DNA of 64,000 nucleotides from an uncultured Clostridia bacterium (GCA_947626485.1 CANQSG010000001.1:1109-65108); one strand, 5' to 3'; shown: positions 51,120 through 61,536, counted from the first letter of the stretch. The notes: generated by a model not told the origin, from the sequence alone. A program made the numbers and translations.

Positions 51120-53032
51120 TTCGTCTTTTCCCCGCTTTCTTCCGCTTCATATTGCCAAAGCGCGTAACCCCGCTTTTTTCCGATGTGCGCGTGCGCGAGC
51201 CCGTCCGCCGATGAAAAATCGAGCGAGACGTCCTGCCCGCAGTTGCTGCACAGCAGCGTGGCGCGCGGCGCGGGTCCGTCCGGTTCGCCGGGCAGCGGCA
51301 GGGTGATCTCCGCCCGGTCGGTGTATTCCCGAAACAGAAGGAAATAGCCCGCGCCCGGTCGGTCGCATATTACGTGAAATCCCGTCAGCGCGGCGCCGTC
51401 CGGCGATTCGCCGACCGGGCAGACCTGCGCCGCGGAAAACCGGCGGCGGTGTGCGCGCCAGACCGCGAGAATTTCCCGCAGCGACGCCTGTTCTTCCTCC
51501 GCCAGGCCGGACAGCTCCATCCAGAGCAGCGGGTTGGCGACCATCGCCACGGCGAAGAGATAATCCGCCGAATAGGCGGCGGGGGCGAGCGGGTCGTCCC
51601 CGTAAACTTCGACGTTGCGCCGGTTGTTGAGCACCTCGATCTGCAGCCGCTGCGCCGGCAGGAAGCGGGCAAGCTGCCACAGATTTTTGAGGGTGTTGTG
51701 CGGCCAGTAATTTCCCCAGTCGGTGTACCGGTTTTCGACGAAGAGCGTGCCGTGCTCCTTGTGCCAGAAATAGCCCGTCCGCCGACCGGCGGTGATGTCT
51801 AAATTGAAGGTCACGGCGCCGTCGGTGCGCGCCGTCACGGCGTCCAGCAGCTTGCGGTATCGCGCCTCCGCCGTCTGATTTTCAAGGCGGATGCCGTCCA
51901 ACTTGAAAAACCGGATCCCATACGCCTGCCAGAGCGCCGTCAGCGTGTCGGCGTCCCGCTCCCAGTTTGCGAAATCGTCGGCGGAATCGGGCGAAAACCA
52001 CAGTCCCAGCGCAACGCCGCGCCGCGCGGCTTCGGCGGCGAGCGGCGCAAGGCCGTTCGGAAATTTGTCGGGGTGTACCCGCCAGAAATCGTTGTCCGCC
52101 TGATAATAGCCGCCGTCCCAGGCGCCGTTTTTTTGCAGGCAGGAGTTGGCGGTGACGCCCTGCTGCCACCCGTCGTCGAGCTGTACGGCGTCGATCCCGA
52201 GGTCGGCAGCCCGCTCGATCTCCCGGCGCACAAAGGCTTCGTTCAACGCGCCGTCCTGATTCCGGTCGCCCCAGGTGTTCGACAGGCAGAAGGTCTCCCG
52301 CTTCGCGCTTTCGCCCCGCTGCCGCTGATAATACGCCTTGTAAAGCGTTTGCAGCTCTGCGGCGGCGCCGACGCCGACGGTGACGTCATACCCCTGCGCG
52401 GCGTCGTCCGCACAAGTCCCGACCCGCCCCATCAGGCGGACGCGGTTTTTGTCGGCGCAGAGGAAATCGCCCTGCTCCGCCCGGTAGCTCGGCAGCTCCC
52501 GCAGCAGCAGCAGCGCCGCGCCGTTCAGGTAATCCTCGACGAAAAAGAGGGTGCCGTTCATGCGCAGCTGACCGCCCGTCCAAAGCAGGCGGCTTTCCTC
52601 CTGCACCAGGGTGTCGCGCCCGTCGGTCTGATCGAAAAGCCGCACCGCCCGGACGCGGAAGTGCCGCCCCTTCGGCAGGGCGATCTCTTCGAGGAGCTCC
52701 CGCTCGGCGTCCGGCAGCCGCAGCGTGTAAAACGGGAGCGCCGCGCGCACGGACAGCGAAATTTCCGCCGGCGCGCCGCATCGGCGCTCGAAGGTCAAAA
52801 CCGCGCGCAGGCCGTCGCCGTCGGGCAGGTTTTCCGTCTGAAGCCGGGGCGCCGCATCGGCGCCGCAAAGGCAGGCGCCGGCAGCCCCCTGCCAGACGCA
52901 GCCGCCGCGCTTGTCGGTCAGGGATTGCGCGTACAGGCCGGACGCGTCCAGCCGGAACGACCGTTCAAACAGCTCGTTGCCGATGCACAGCCGTTCCTTT
53001 TCGTATCGGATATAACAGCCCTTCCATTCCAA
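51116..53032 (-). CDS. Clan GH-D (GH36-like) alpha-galactosidase-type hydrolase
   Basis: Contains DAVQLDDGWQ and IRFFKLDGI (K.D nucleophile context). A TTG start at 53032, 7 nt after GGGGAGG, is proposed because the ORF-track GTG at 53179 overlaps the upstream gene by 82 nt. Confidence 0.7.
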   Translation of the reverse strand: MEWKGCYIRYEKERLCIGNELFERSFRLDASGLYAQSLTDKRGGCVWQGAAGACLCGADAAPRLQTENLPDGDGLRAVLTFERRCGAPAEISLSVRAALPFYTLRLPDAERELLEEIALPKGRHFRVRAVRLFDQTDGRDTLVQEESRLLWTGGQLRMNGTLFFVEDYLNGAALLLLRELPSYRAEQGDFLCADKNRVRLMGRVGTCADDAAQGYDVTVGVGAAAELQTLYKAYYQRQRGESAKRETFCLSNTWGDRNQDGALNEAFVRREIERAADLGIDAVQLDDGWQQGVTANSCLQKNGAWDGGYYQADNDFWRVHPDKFPNGLAPLAAEAARRGVALGLWFSPDSADDFANWERDADTLTALWQAYGIRFFKLDGIRLENQTAEARYRKLLDAVTARTDGAVTFNLDITAGRRTGYFWHKEHGTLFVENRYTDWGNYWPHNTLKNLWQLARFLPAQRLQIEVLNNRRNVEVYGDDPLAPAAYSADYLFAVAMVANPLLWMELSGLAEEEQASLREILAVWRAHRRRFSAAQVCPVGESPDGAALTGFHVICDRPGAGYFLLFREYTDRAEITLPLPGEPDGPAPRATLLCSNCGQDVSLDFSSADGLAHAHIGKKRGYALWQYEAEESGEKTK

Positions 53033-53054
53033 AACGTCCGCCTCCCCGCTTGGC

Positions 53055-53091
53055 AAAGACCGACGATTGCGCTGTGTCAACGTCGGTCTTT
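53055..53091. other. 11-bp-stem intergenic hairpin between the CBM giant and the GH36-like gene
   Basis: AAAGACCGACG-15 nt-CGTCGGTCTTT. The T-run is good only on the plus strand, where no gene precedes it. Confidence 0.35.
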
Positions 53092-53097
53092 TTGCCG

Positions 53098-56000
53098 TCA
53101 GGATTTTTCCTGTTCTTTCGATTGTTTGCGTTTGGAGAATACCGCCGCCGCGCCCGAAGCGCCCGCCAGTCCGAGGCACCAGGGCAGCGGGTTCGCCTCG
53201 CCGCCCGCGGGCAGCCCGACGTCGTCCGTCGACGGGAAATCGCCGTCGTCAAAGTCCCCGAGCCCGCCGGATCCGCCGTTGCTGTCGACGCTGCCGCTGT
53301 AACCGCCGGACGGGATGCCCTTGAGCAACGGCGTCGCGACGTCGTCCTCGCCGGAATTGCTGTACCCCTCGTTATAGGGCACAAGGCCGGGGCCGAGGTC
53401 GAGGAAATCCTGATCGATGCGCAGCGAAACGTGCACCGGGTCGACGGAATAATCCAGCATTTCCCGCACGTTGCCCGAGACCGAAATGGTGTTGAGCCCC
53501 GCTTTCAGGCGCAGGCGGGTGTAGATGGTGCGGTAGCCGAGCGTGAATTCCAGCTTGTATTTATCCACCGTGTTCACCATGACGGCGACGTGCCCGACAA
53601 AGTATTTCAGATTCAGGGTGTTGTCGCCGTAGGAATCGGTGGCGCGCAGGGCGATCGCGACGTCATACGTCCCGTCCGCCGGGGCGATCACCTTGTAATG
53701 GACAAAATGGATATAGCTCATGTTGTCCCCGTTCAGGGAATCGTACGTGATGTCGTAGGTGATGGAATTCTGGGTGTTGTTTTCGTCCCGCAGACCCACA
53801 AAACCGCCGGAGCTGTTGTAAAGGTCGTGGGTATAGTAGGAGAACAGGGAATCCTCCGCCTCCACGCGACCGCCCATCGGCGCGCTCGGCGTGACGACAC
53901 TTGGCACGGCGAGGTAGTCCTGATCGAGCCAGAAGAAGGCTTCCTCGACCTCGTTCCACAGGAAGGCCTTGCCGTCCGCCTCGGTCAGGTCGGCAGTAAA
54001 GCCGGTGACGCGGATCTTGTTTTCGCCCTGTTTGAGCTTGAGGGTGACGGAATCCCAGATCATCGCGTTTTCGCGGGTGGAAAGGATCGGGATATCGACG
54101 ACGCCCATGCCCGCGACGTCCTCGTTCGCCAGGACGACGACGTGCGCCGTTTTGTCATAATACTGTGCCTTGTTCGCGCCGTAAACGCCGTAACGAACCC
54201 GGACGTTGACGGGATATTCGCCGTCGGCGGGCGCGTAGACGGTGTAGAGGGTGTAGGCCATGCGGGTGTTGTCGAGGCCGTTCTTGCGGATCTCGTCGAG
54301 CGTCTGCGCGACGCCCATCACCGGGTCGCTGTTGGCGGCGCCGCCCGAATAGCTCCCCCAGGAGGAGGTGCCCCGCTTCATCATGTTCGTCAGCGAATTT
54401 TCGGCTTCGATGCGGGTGAAGCCCGCGTCAAACGGGTCGATCTGCTGCTCTGCCAGCTTGACGCCGCCGCGCAGCATCACATAGAAGAAGTTGGAGACCG
54501 TGCCACCCGTTTCCTGTTTGGGAGAAAGCAGGCCGGTGAAGGTGATGACGTGCTGCCCCTGCGTGAGGTAGACGATGTAATCCGCCTCGACGCCGTGGCT
54601 CGCGTCGCCCTTGCCGGCGCCGTCCGTGCTCGGCAGACCCGGCTTTTTGGCGGGGTTGACGCTGTCGACCAGCACGCCCATCGTGAGGATTTGCGTCGCG
54701 CTGTAACGCAGGGTCGGAGAAATGTTGTAATACCCGTCGACCGGCGCGTCAAACGTCATGGCGAAATACGGCAACGCGGACAGATCGCGCATGCGCAGGG
54801 TTTCCGCCGTCTCGTCGGTCACGCCGCCGTAGTTCAGCCCCCAGAAGTCGGAATTCCCGTCGGCGGAGGGCGTCATGTTCTGGTAAAAATGGCTCTTTGC
54901 CGCCGCGTTGGCGTCGAGCTTTTCGGTCGTCACGGGCAGGCCGGTAACGCCCGCCGGAATGTCGAGATAGTCGATCGCAAAGGTGTTGTTGCCGTTGTTC
55001 TGGGTGGCGTTTTCGTTGCGATACGCCAGGAATTCCGCCGAAAGCCCCGTCAGGCGCAGGATATTCCGACCCTTTTTCAGCGGCACCGAAAGGGGGACCG
55101 TCTCGTTCACGTTGGCGCTCGAGCCCGCCGGAGCCGTTGTGACGACGACCTCCTGCGGCGCGCCGTCGTTCACCATCATGTGAATGGCGGGGTTGCGGTC
55201 GAGGCCGTAGGGCAGATAGCGGAAGCGAACCTTGATCTCATAGGTGCCGTCGGCTTCGGCGTCGAGCAGGAACTGGGCGAAGGGGGTCTTTTCGCGATCC
55301 AGCGCCCGCTCCATTTCGTCGGGCGTTTGAATCGCGCTCCCCTGATTGTAGGGCAGCGTCAGCGCGAAATTGCCGGAATAGCGGCCGTCCGCGTTGCTGT
55401 CCGCCGCGTAGAGATTGCCGTCGCCGTAGTCCTCCGCCTCGAGCCGCGCCGGACCCGCAGCCGCCGAGACCGGCGGCGCAAAGCTGTCCGGGCTGCGCTG
55501 GCTTTCCGCCATCGTGACGCCGCCGCGCAGAATGACGTGGTAGAAATTCGTCACCGGGGTGTTATTCTCCGGCGCCGGCTGCAGCAGACCGGTGTAGGCG
55601 ACGGTGTACTCCCCCTGCTCGAGATAGAGGATGTAATCCGCCTCGGCCTGCTTCGCGGTCTTGCCGCCGTTCGAGGTCGCCGGCAGCAGCGGCTTTTTTT
55701 CGGGGATTTCGCCGTTGATCAAAATGCCCATTTCCACGGTTTCGGCGGCGTAATACCGCACCTGCGGCGCGAGGTTATAGTAACCGCTCACCGGGACGTT
55801 GAGGGTCAGCGAGAAATAGGGGACGTTCGCGAGGTTGCGCACCGACAGCGAATCGGGCGTGACGCTCCCGACGGCGGTGTAGCTCAGCCCCCAGATGTCT
55901 TCGTTGTCGCCGCTTTTGGTGCCGTGCGCGATATACTGCGCGCTCTTGGCGGCCTGCGAAACGCGGTTCGGCAGCACGCCGACGACGCCGGCGGGGATCT

Positions 56001-56595
56001 CGAGATAGTCGATGATAAAGGAGCCGATTTTATTTGTGCCGATCGCCGCGATCACGTCGGCGGTCAGGCCGGTCAGCCGCAGGATATTCCGCCCCGCCGC
56101 GAGCGCTGCGGTAAAGGTGAGGGCTTCCCCGTCGGCGCCGCCGCCCGCCGGCGTCGTCAAAGCGAGCTTCTGCGGCGCGCCGTCGTTGACGAGCAGGAGA
56201 ACGGTGGGGTTCGGGAAGGCGGCATACGCCGTATGGCGGATTCGCACCTTCAGCTCGTAATCGCCCGCTTCCTCGGCGTCGAGGAAGAACTGCACATAGG
56301 GCGTGCGGGTGGCGTCGATCGCCTCGGCGATCTCGTCGTCCGACTGAATCTGGTCGTTTTTCGTGCCCCAGAGCTCCCAGCCGTACCCGCCCGAGAGCTT
56401 GTTTGTGTCGGCGTTTTCGCCTTTGACAAAGAGGTTCGCGTCGCCGTATTCTTCGGCTTCCAGCCGCGCGGGTCCCGTCCCGGGCGCGGGCGCGTCGGGC
56501 TCCTCCCCGCTGGCGGGCAGAGCAAGAAAAGCTGTTGACGTCATAAGCAGCGAAATGGCCGAAAGCAGCGAAAGGAATCGCTTGCGTAGGGTCAT
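53098..56595 (-). CDS. 1165-aa secreted multi-CBM protein with a C-terminal membrane anchor
   Basis: Signal peptide. Four CBM6/35-like modules open with (R/I)(L/V)EAE(D/E/N), and two are followed by a second beta-sandwich (HGTKSGDNEDIWGLSY...VPYF.LT). The tail reads LPAGG-x7-hydrophobic-KRKQSKEQEKS. Confidence 0.8.
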   Translation of the reverse strand: MTLRKRFLSLLSAISLLMTSTAFLALPASGEEPDAPAPGTGPARLEAEEYGDANLFVKGENADTNKLSGGYGWELWGTKNDQIQSDDEIAEAIDATRTPYVQFFLDAEEAGDYELKVRIRHTAYAAFPNPTVLLLVNDGAPQKLALTTPAGGGADGEALTFTAALAAGRNILRLTGLTADVIAAIGTNKIGSFIIDYLEIPAGVVGVLPNRVSQAAKSAQYIAHGTKSGDNEDIWGLSYTAVGSVTPDSLSVRNLANVPYFSLTLNVPVSGYYNLAPQVRYYAAETVEMGILINGEIPEKKPLLPATSNGGKTAKQAEADYILYLEQGEYTVAYTGLLQPAPENNTPVTNFYHVILRGGVTMAESQRSPDSFAPPVSAAAGPARLEAEDYGDGNLYAADSNADGRYSGNFALTLPYNQGSAIQTPDEMERALDREKTPFAQFLLDAEADGTYEIKVRFRYLPYGLDRNPAIHMMVNDGAPQEVVVTTAPAGSSANVNETVPLSVPLKKGRNILRLTGLSAEFLAYRNENATQNNGNNTFAIDYLDIPAGVTGLPVTTEKLDANAAAKSHFYQNMTPSADGNSDFWGLNYGGVTDETAETLRMRDLSALPYFAMTFDAPVDGYYNISPTLRYSATQILTMGVLVDSVNPAKKPGLPSTDGAGKGDASHGVEADYIVYLTQGQHVITFTGLLSPKQETGGTVSNFFYVMLRGGVKLAEQQIDPFDAGFTRIEAENSLTNMMKRGTSSWGSYSGGAANSDPVMGVAQTLDEIRKNGLDNTRMAYTLYTVYAPADGEYPVNVRVRYGVYGANKAQYYDKTAHVVVLANEDVAGMGVVDIPILSTRENAMIWDSVTLKLKQGENKIRVTGFTADLTEADGKAFLWNEVEEAFFWLDQDYLAVPSVVTPSAPMGGRVEAEDSLFSYYTHDLYNSSGGFVGLRDENNTQNSITYDITYDSLNGDNMSYIHFVHYKVIAPADGTYDVAIALRATDSYGDNTLNLKYFVGHVAVMVNTVDKYKLEFTLGYRTIYTRLRLKAGLNTISVSGNVREMLDYSVDPVHVSLRIDQDFLDLGPGLVPYNEGYSNSGEDDVATPLLKGIPSGGYSGSVDSNGGSGGLGDFDDGDFPSTDDVGLPAGGEANPLPWCLGLAGASGAAAVFSKRKQSKEQEKS

Positions 56596-56671
56596 TCTTC
56601 ATCATCCTTTCCTCATATCATGGAAGTTTCGCGCGGCAAATGCGCCGCGTAGCACCGTCGCAAAACGGGAT

Positions 56672-58774
56672 CTATTTGCCCAGAATCGTGTCGCGCATTC
56701 CGCGCAGGTCGGCCGCGTCGACCTTTTCGCTGAAATCCGCGTCCGCGGCGAGATAGGCGGCGAAGGCACAGGCAGGCGCGTCGGGCGCGACCGCGGCGCC
56801 GATCTGCACGAGGTCGAGGACGTCGGCAAGCGCGTCACGGTTCAGGTCGTTCAGATAGACGATCGTCACGCGGCCGCCCCCGTCCGGCAGCGCGTCCGCG
56901 GCGGGCAGTTTAAAGATGAAATTGCCGTTCGCGTACTGCGCGCGCTGGTAGGTATAGCCTTCGCCCGCGCCGTACTCGATGCCGAGCACCGGGGTCAGCC
57001 CTGCCTGCGCCGCCGTCACGGGGACGGTGAGCTCCGTTTCGGGCTCGACGAGGCCGGCGGGCAGCGTCGGGGTGATCCCGTCGGTCACGACCGCCGTCTC
57101 GAGCCGGAAGGCGCTGTGGGTGTGCTGGGTTTCGGCGACCGTCAGCCCGCCGCGCAGGTAGACGCGCAGGAAGGCGCCCACCGGCGTTTCCGCGCCGGCG
57201 CCGGTTTCGGGCTTCTCGGAAAGCACGCCGGTAAACGTGAAGGTGTATTCGCCTTTTTTCAGATGGAGGACCCAGTCCGCCGCGCCGGGGTTACGCGCGC
57301 TCTCGCCGTTGTTCGGGGTCGCGTTGAGCATCGGCAGCTCGCTGTCCGCCGGTTTTTGCCCGTCGACGAGAACCCCCAAACGGACGGGGTTGACGGCATA
57401 ATACTTGATTTCGGGCGACACGCTGTAATACCCGTCCGCCGGAACGTTGACCGTCAGCGTGAAATACGGCACGCCGGAAACGTTTTTCGCCGAAAGATTT
57501 GCGAGCGTCACGTCGCCGCCGTCGGCATAGCTCAGGCCGTAAATATCGTCGTTATCGGGGCTCTTCGTGCCGTGCGCGTAATCCTTGGTGTCCCGCGCGC
57601 GGAACTTGGTCTCGTTCGGCAGAACGCCCGTCACGCCGGCGGGAACGTCGATATAGTCGAAGCGGAAGGTGTCGTTCAAGCCGTTGGAATATTTGTTGCC
57701 CGTCCCGTGTTCAAAGGCGTAATCCATAAATTCCTTCGAGAAGGTGGTGATGCGCACGAGATTGCGCCCCTGCTTGAGCGCCAGGTTTTCGATCGGGAAG
57801 GTCTCGTCGACGCCGGGGCTCGCCGGGGTGGTGATCGCGACCTTCTTCGCCTTTTCGTCGTTCACAAGGACGTACAGCTCCGGCTTCACCTCGTCGAATT
57901 CCGCCGGAATCCCGTAATCCATGGTGTTGACCCGGAGATGGATGGTGTAGGTTCCGGCTTCGGCGACGTCGAGGTAGAAATTCGCCGTGATCGCGCGGGC
58001 GTCGTCAAACGCAACGTCCATTTCTTCCGCGCTGAGCATGACGCGTTTATCGCTCCGGTATACGTCGTAACCGCACGCCAGAACCTTCGCACCCGACGCG
58101 CCGCTTCGGTCGCCGACCGAAAGGCCGCTGCCGGCGGCGTAGGTCTCGGCCTCCAGACGGAAGGTTTCGGTCAGCGGATTGTAGAGCTGATCGGAAAGCG
58201 CCGTGCCTTCGGGCAGCGTGAAGTTATCAAATTGCTTGACCGGGCGAAGTGCGGCGTTGTCGCAATTCAGCACGCCGGTGAAGATCAGGGCGTTCAGCCC
58301 CTCCTGCATCGCAAAATCGGCGACCGCAAAATAGGTGTTGCCGTTTCGGATCTCGATATCGCAGTCGACCCGTTCCCCGTTCAGGAAGGCGACCGCCTTG
58401 GTGATCTCCGCCTGATTGGTAATATTGGTATTATAGCGGAATTTGGCCTCGACCCGATAGGTGTCGGCGGCGTCCGCCTGCACGGACAGGCAGAACCACG
58501 GTGCCTGGCTCAGGTTCTCGAGCGAGAGGGTCTCAAAGGTGACGTCGCCCAGGTTCTGATACCCCGCCGCCTTGTTGGTGTCGTTGTGGACGTTCAGCTC
58601 CCAGTCGCCGAACACCGTGTTGCCGACGCGGCAGTCGTCCGCGTCGACGGCATTCTTTTTCCCGAGAGCCAACGTATTTCCCGCCGCCGAGACGGGGACG
58701 GCGAGGATCAGCATACAGCTCAGCAGGAGCGCCGCCGCCGTCAGGAGAGATACCATTCGTTTCCCTTGCGTCAT
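56672..58774 (-). CDS. 700-aa secreted CBM protein with a C-terminal dockerin (paralog of the 53098 protein)
   Basis: Signal peptide. Shares the FRLEAETY module and the HGTKSPDNDDIYGLSY...VPYFTLT module. The C-terminus DLNRDALADVLDLVQIG ... DADFSEKVDAADLRGMRDTILG is dockerin-like. Confidence 0.8.
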   Translation of the reverse strand: MTQGKRMVSLLTAAALLLSCMLILAVPVSAAGNTLALGKKNAVDADDCRVGNTVFGDWELNVHNDTNKAAGYQNLGDVTFETLSLENLSQAPWFCLSVQADAADTYRVEAKFRYNTNITNQAEITKAVAFLNGERVDCDIEIRNGNTYFAVADFAMQEGLNALIFTGVLNCDNAALRPVKQFDNFTLPEGTALSDQLYNPLTETFRLEAETYAAGSGLSVGDRSGASGAKVLACGYDVYRSDKRVMLSAEEMDVAFDDARAITANFYLDVAEAGTYTIHLRVNTMDYGIPAEFDEVKPELYVLVNDEKAKKVAITTPASPGVDETFPIENLALKQGRNLVRITTFSKEFMDYAFEHGTGNKYSNGLNDTFRFDYIDVPAGVTGVLPNETKFRARDTKDYAHGTKSPDNDDIYGLSYADGGDVTLANLSAKNVSGVPYFTLTVNVPADGYYSVSPEIKYYAVNPVRLGVLVDGQKPADSELPMLNATPNNGESARNPGAADWVLHLKKGEYTFTFTGVLSEKPETGAGAETPVGAFLRVYLRGGLTVAETQHTHSAFRLETAVVTDGITPTLPAGLVEPETELTVPVTAAQAGLTPVLGIEYGAGEGYTYQRAQYANGNFIFKLPAADALPDGGGRVTIVYLNDLNRDALADVLDLVQIGAAVAPDAPACAFAAYLAADADFSEKVDAADLRGMRDTILGK

Positions 58775-58796
58775 ATTCGGTCATCCTTTCCGCATG

Positions 58797-60554
58797 TTAT
58801 TTGTTCGCGTCCCAGACCAGCGTCGCGATGGAGTTTTCGGGGACGGTGTATTCCACGACCTTCTCGCCGACCACCAGCTTGGCGGTGATGGGCTTGATGG
58901 TGGAATTGTTGAGTACGCAGGCGAGCGTGCCGTCGGTGTTCAGACACGCCACGTTGCTGATCATGGCGGTTTCGGTCGAGAAGACCTGCCGCGCGCCGGG
59001 GCGGATGAACTTGCTGTAATGCGCCAGCGCGTAAAAATCGCCGGTGTAGCCGTAGCCCTTATATTCTTCCGTGCCGTCGTCGTTGACGTAATTCACCGTC
59101 ACGAGCGGGTCGCACTTGGAGCCGGGCTGATAGGTCAGCGGACCCTTTTTGTTGCTCAGCGCGAGGTTCCAGAGGATGTAGCCCGAGCCGTAATTGCGCA
59201 GGTGGCTGACGATCTTGCTGCTGTGGAACAGCGCGCTGCTCATAAAGGAGCGGCTCATGCCGGATTCCTCGCTGAGGACGATCGTCTTTTCCGGGAAGGC
59301 GCTGTAAATGTTCTGCTGCACCTTGCCGTTGGAGGAGTACCCGTGGAAGGCGATGCCGTCAAAGACGTCGCTCGCGCCGAAGAGCAGCGTCAGGGCGTTG
59401 GCGTAGGTGTGCCAGTTGTTGTCGAGCCCCAGCACCTTGGTGTTCAGGCCGTTTTTCCGCAACGTGGGCACCAGATAATCCCGCGTGAAAACGAGCTGTT
59501 CGTCGAGCGTCATCACCATCGAGGGGTAATGGATGGCGGTGCCGGGCTCGTTCTGCGGCGTGACCGCCCAGATCGGAATTCCTTCCTTTTGCATCGCCTT
59601 CAGATATTTCACGAAATAGTCGGCGTAGACCTGATAGCAGTCTTCACGCAGCGACGCGTTGCGCTGTTCGCCGTCGACGGTCACAAACCCGTAGAGGGTG
59701 TGCTCGGTCTTCATCCACGCCGGCGCCGTCCAGGGCGTCGCCATGAAGGTCAGCTTCGGGTTGAGGGCGAGCGCCTGTTTGAGCAGCGGAATGACCATGG
59801 ATTTGTCGCGGTCGATGCTGAACTGCTTGAGGTCCCAGTCCTCCTGCCCTTCCGGTACGTCGTCATAACTGTAAGGGCCGATGGGCAGCCCCTGCGCGTT
59901 TTTGTCGTCGAGCGTGAGCAGGTCGCCGGTCAGCGCGAAGTCGGACGAGCCGATGGTGTTGCGCAGGAAGGAGAGCCCGATGCCCTTTTGCGGGTCGAAG
60001 AGGCGTTCCATGACCTTGTTGCGCTCGGCTTCCGGAATTTGATAGAGGCTGTAGGCCGCCGATTCGGTGAGCGAGGCGCCGAAGCCGATGATCTCCTGGT
60101 TGGCGAGATCGGGCACGATGTCGATCACGGTGCCGCTGTCCCGGTCGAGCGCCGACGCGTCATAGACCTTGACAAGTCCGCCGTCCACCCGCTTGAAAGC
60201 GGTCTGTGTGGACGAGGTGACAAAGGCCAGCGGCGTCCCCGTGATGGTGTAGTTTGTGACAAGCTCCGTTTCCCCGGCGTTCGGCCAGTCGAATTCCTCG
60301 TAGGTGGTGCCGCCGGTGCCGAAATTGTCCATATCCGTCACCCCCATCTGGTTATTGTCAAACGCGGCGTCGTCGTCTTCGCCGGATACGACGTCGTCCG
60401 ATGCGCTGCCGTCCGGCGCGGACGCGTCGCCCGGTGCGGAAGCGTCGCTCGGCTCGGACGCGGTTCCCCCGCCCGCACAGCCGCCGGTACAGCCGGCGAG
60501 CAGCAGCGTGGCGGCGAGAAGCAGAATGAGCACGCGGATGATTCTTGGCTTCAT
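58797..60554 (-). CDS. GH30 glycoside hydrolase lipoprotein
   Basis: Lipobox LLLAGC. Contains GFGASLTESAAY, TPWTAPAWMK, TPQNEP (acid/base) and IVLSEES (nucleophile region). Confidence 0.85.
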   Translation of the reverse strand: MKPRIIRVLILLLAATLLLAGCTGGCAGGGTASEPSDASAPGDASAPDGSASDDVVSGEDDDAAFDNNQMGVTDMDNFGTGGTTYEEFDWPNAGETELVTNYTITGTPLAFVTSSTQTAFKRVDGGLVKVYDASALDRDSGTVIDIVPDLANQEIIGFGASLTESAAYSLYQIPEAERNKVMERLFDPQKGIGLSFLRNTIGSSDFALTGDLLTLDDKNAQGLPIGPYSYDDVPEGQEDWDLKQFSIDRDKSMVIPLLKQALALNPKLTFMATPWTAPAWMKTEHTLYGFVTVDGEQRNASLREDCYQVYADYFVKYLKAMQKEGIPIWAVTPQNEPGTAIHYPSMVMTLDEQLVFTRDYLVPTLRKNGLNTKVLGLDNNWHTYANALTLLFGASDVFDGIAFHGYSSNGKVQQNIYSAFPEKTIVLSEESGMSRSFMSSALFHSSKIVSHLRNYGSGYILWNLALSNKKGPLTYQPGSKCDPLVTVNYVNDDGTEEYKGYGYTGDFYALAHYSKFIRPGARQVFSTETAMISNVACLNTDGTLACVLNNSTIKPITAKLVVGEKVVEYTVPENSIATLVWDANK

Positions 60555-60597
60555 GAAACAGTCTCTCCTTTGTCTTGAACTGAAAAGGCAAACAGGC

Positions 60598-61536
60598 TTA
60601 TTCGCCTGTGATCCCCGATTGGTCGATGCTGTTGATGAACTGCCGCTGGCAGACGAGATAAAACAGCAACATGGGCAAAATCGCCAACATGGTGCCGGCC
60701 AAAATGATGGCCTGGGTCGGCGAAGTGGAGGCGGCGCCGCTCTCGCTCATCATGCCGGAATACCGGGCGCTGAACTCGCTGAGGCGGTGCATCAGCGTGG
60801 GAAAGGTGTTGCCGAAATACATCTGGGACTGCGCCGTCTCGTTCCAGTACCACACCGACGAAAAGAGCAGCGACAAAATGATGGCGGAGCGGGACATCGG
60901 CAGCGCGATCCGCAGATAGATGCGGAACCGCCCCGCGCCGTCGAGCGCCGCCGCCTCGTCGAGCGCCGCCGGGTAGCTTTGGAAAAACATGACGAACACG
61001 AGGATGAAAACGGCGGCGTTCAGCCCCTGCCCAAACAGCGCCGGCAGATAGGACGGCAGCAGGGTGTCGACGAATCCGTAACGATAAAAGAGCACGTAGC
61101 GCGGCACCGAGGTGATCTCGACCGGGATAAAGAAGGTGGCGATCACCAGCACGATCCAGAGTTTTTTCAGCGGAATGGGAAAGCGCGCCAGCCCGTAGGC
61201 GATGAAGGAGGTCGACGCCGTTTGCAGCAGCGCGGTCACGACGGCAGCCAGCAGGGAATTTTTCAGGGCGTTCGCGAAGTCCAGCGCCCCGAACGCGCTG
61301 CGGAAATTATCCCAGTAAGGCGCGGTGGGGATCCAAGTGACCGACGGGTCGGACAAATCCGCCGGAGATTGCAGGCTGTTGGAGATCATGTAGATCAACG
61401 GATACAGAAAGATGAAACCGATCCCGATCAAAACGAGGTAACGCGCCGCCGCCGGAAGGACGCCGGTTCGCTCGTGCGTGCCGAGCAGGCGGCTTCTCGT
61501 CTTGACCGAAAGGGCGGAAAGGTCAGGCCTGCGCAT
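60598..61536 (-). CDS. Carbohydrate ABC transporter permease
   Basis: EAA loop LDEAAALDGAGRFRIYLRIALP. 14-nt overlap with the upstream gene. Confidence 0.9.
   Translation of the reverse strand: MRRPDLSALSVKTRSRLLGTHERTGVLPAAARYLVLIGIGFIFLYPLIYMISNSLQSPADLSDPSVTWIPTAPYWDNFRSAFGALDFANALKNSLLAAVVTALLQTASTSFIAYGLARFPIPLKKLWIVLVIATFFIPVEITSVPRYVLFYRYGFVDTLLPSYLPALFGQGLNAAVFILVFVMFFQSYPAALDEAAALDGAGRFRIYLRIALPMSRSAIILSLLFSSVWYWNETAQSQMYFGNTFPTLMHRLSEFSARYSGMMSESGAASTSPTQAIILAGTMLAILPMLLFYLVCQRQFINSIDQSGITGE

Noticed and set aside
53050-58888. 1162-aa and 841-aa plus-strand ORFs
   Set aside because: They are antisense shadows of the two CBM-protein genes, with the same compositional signature and no independent support.
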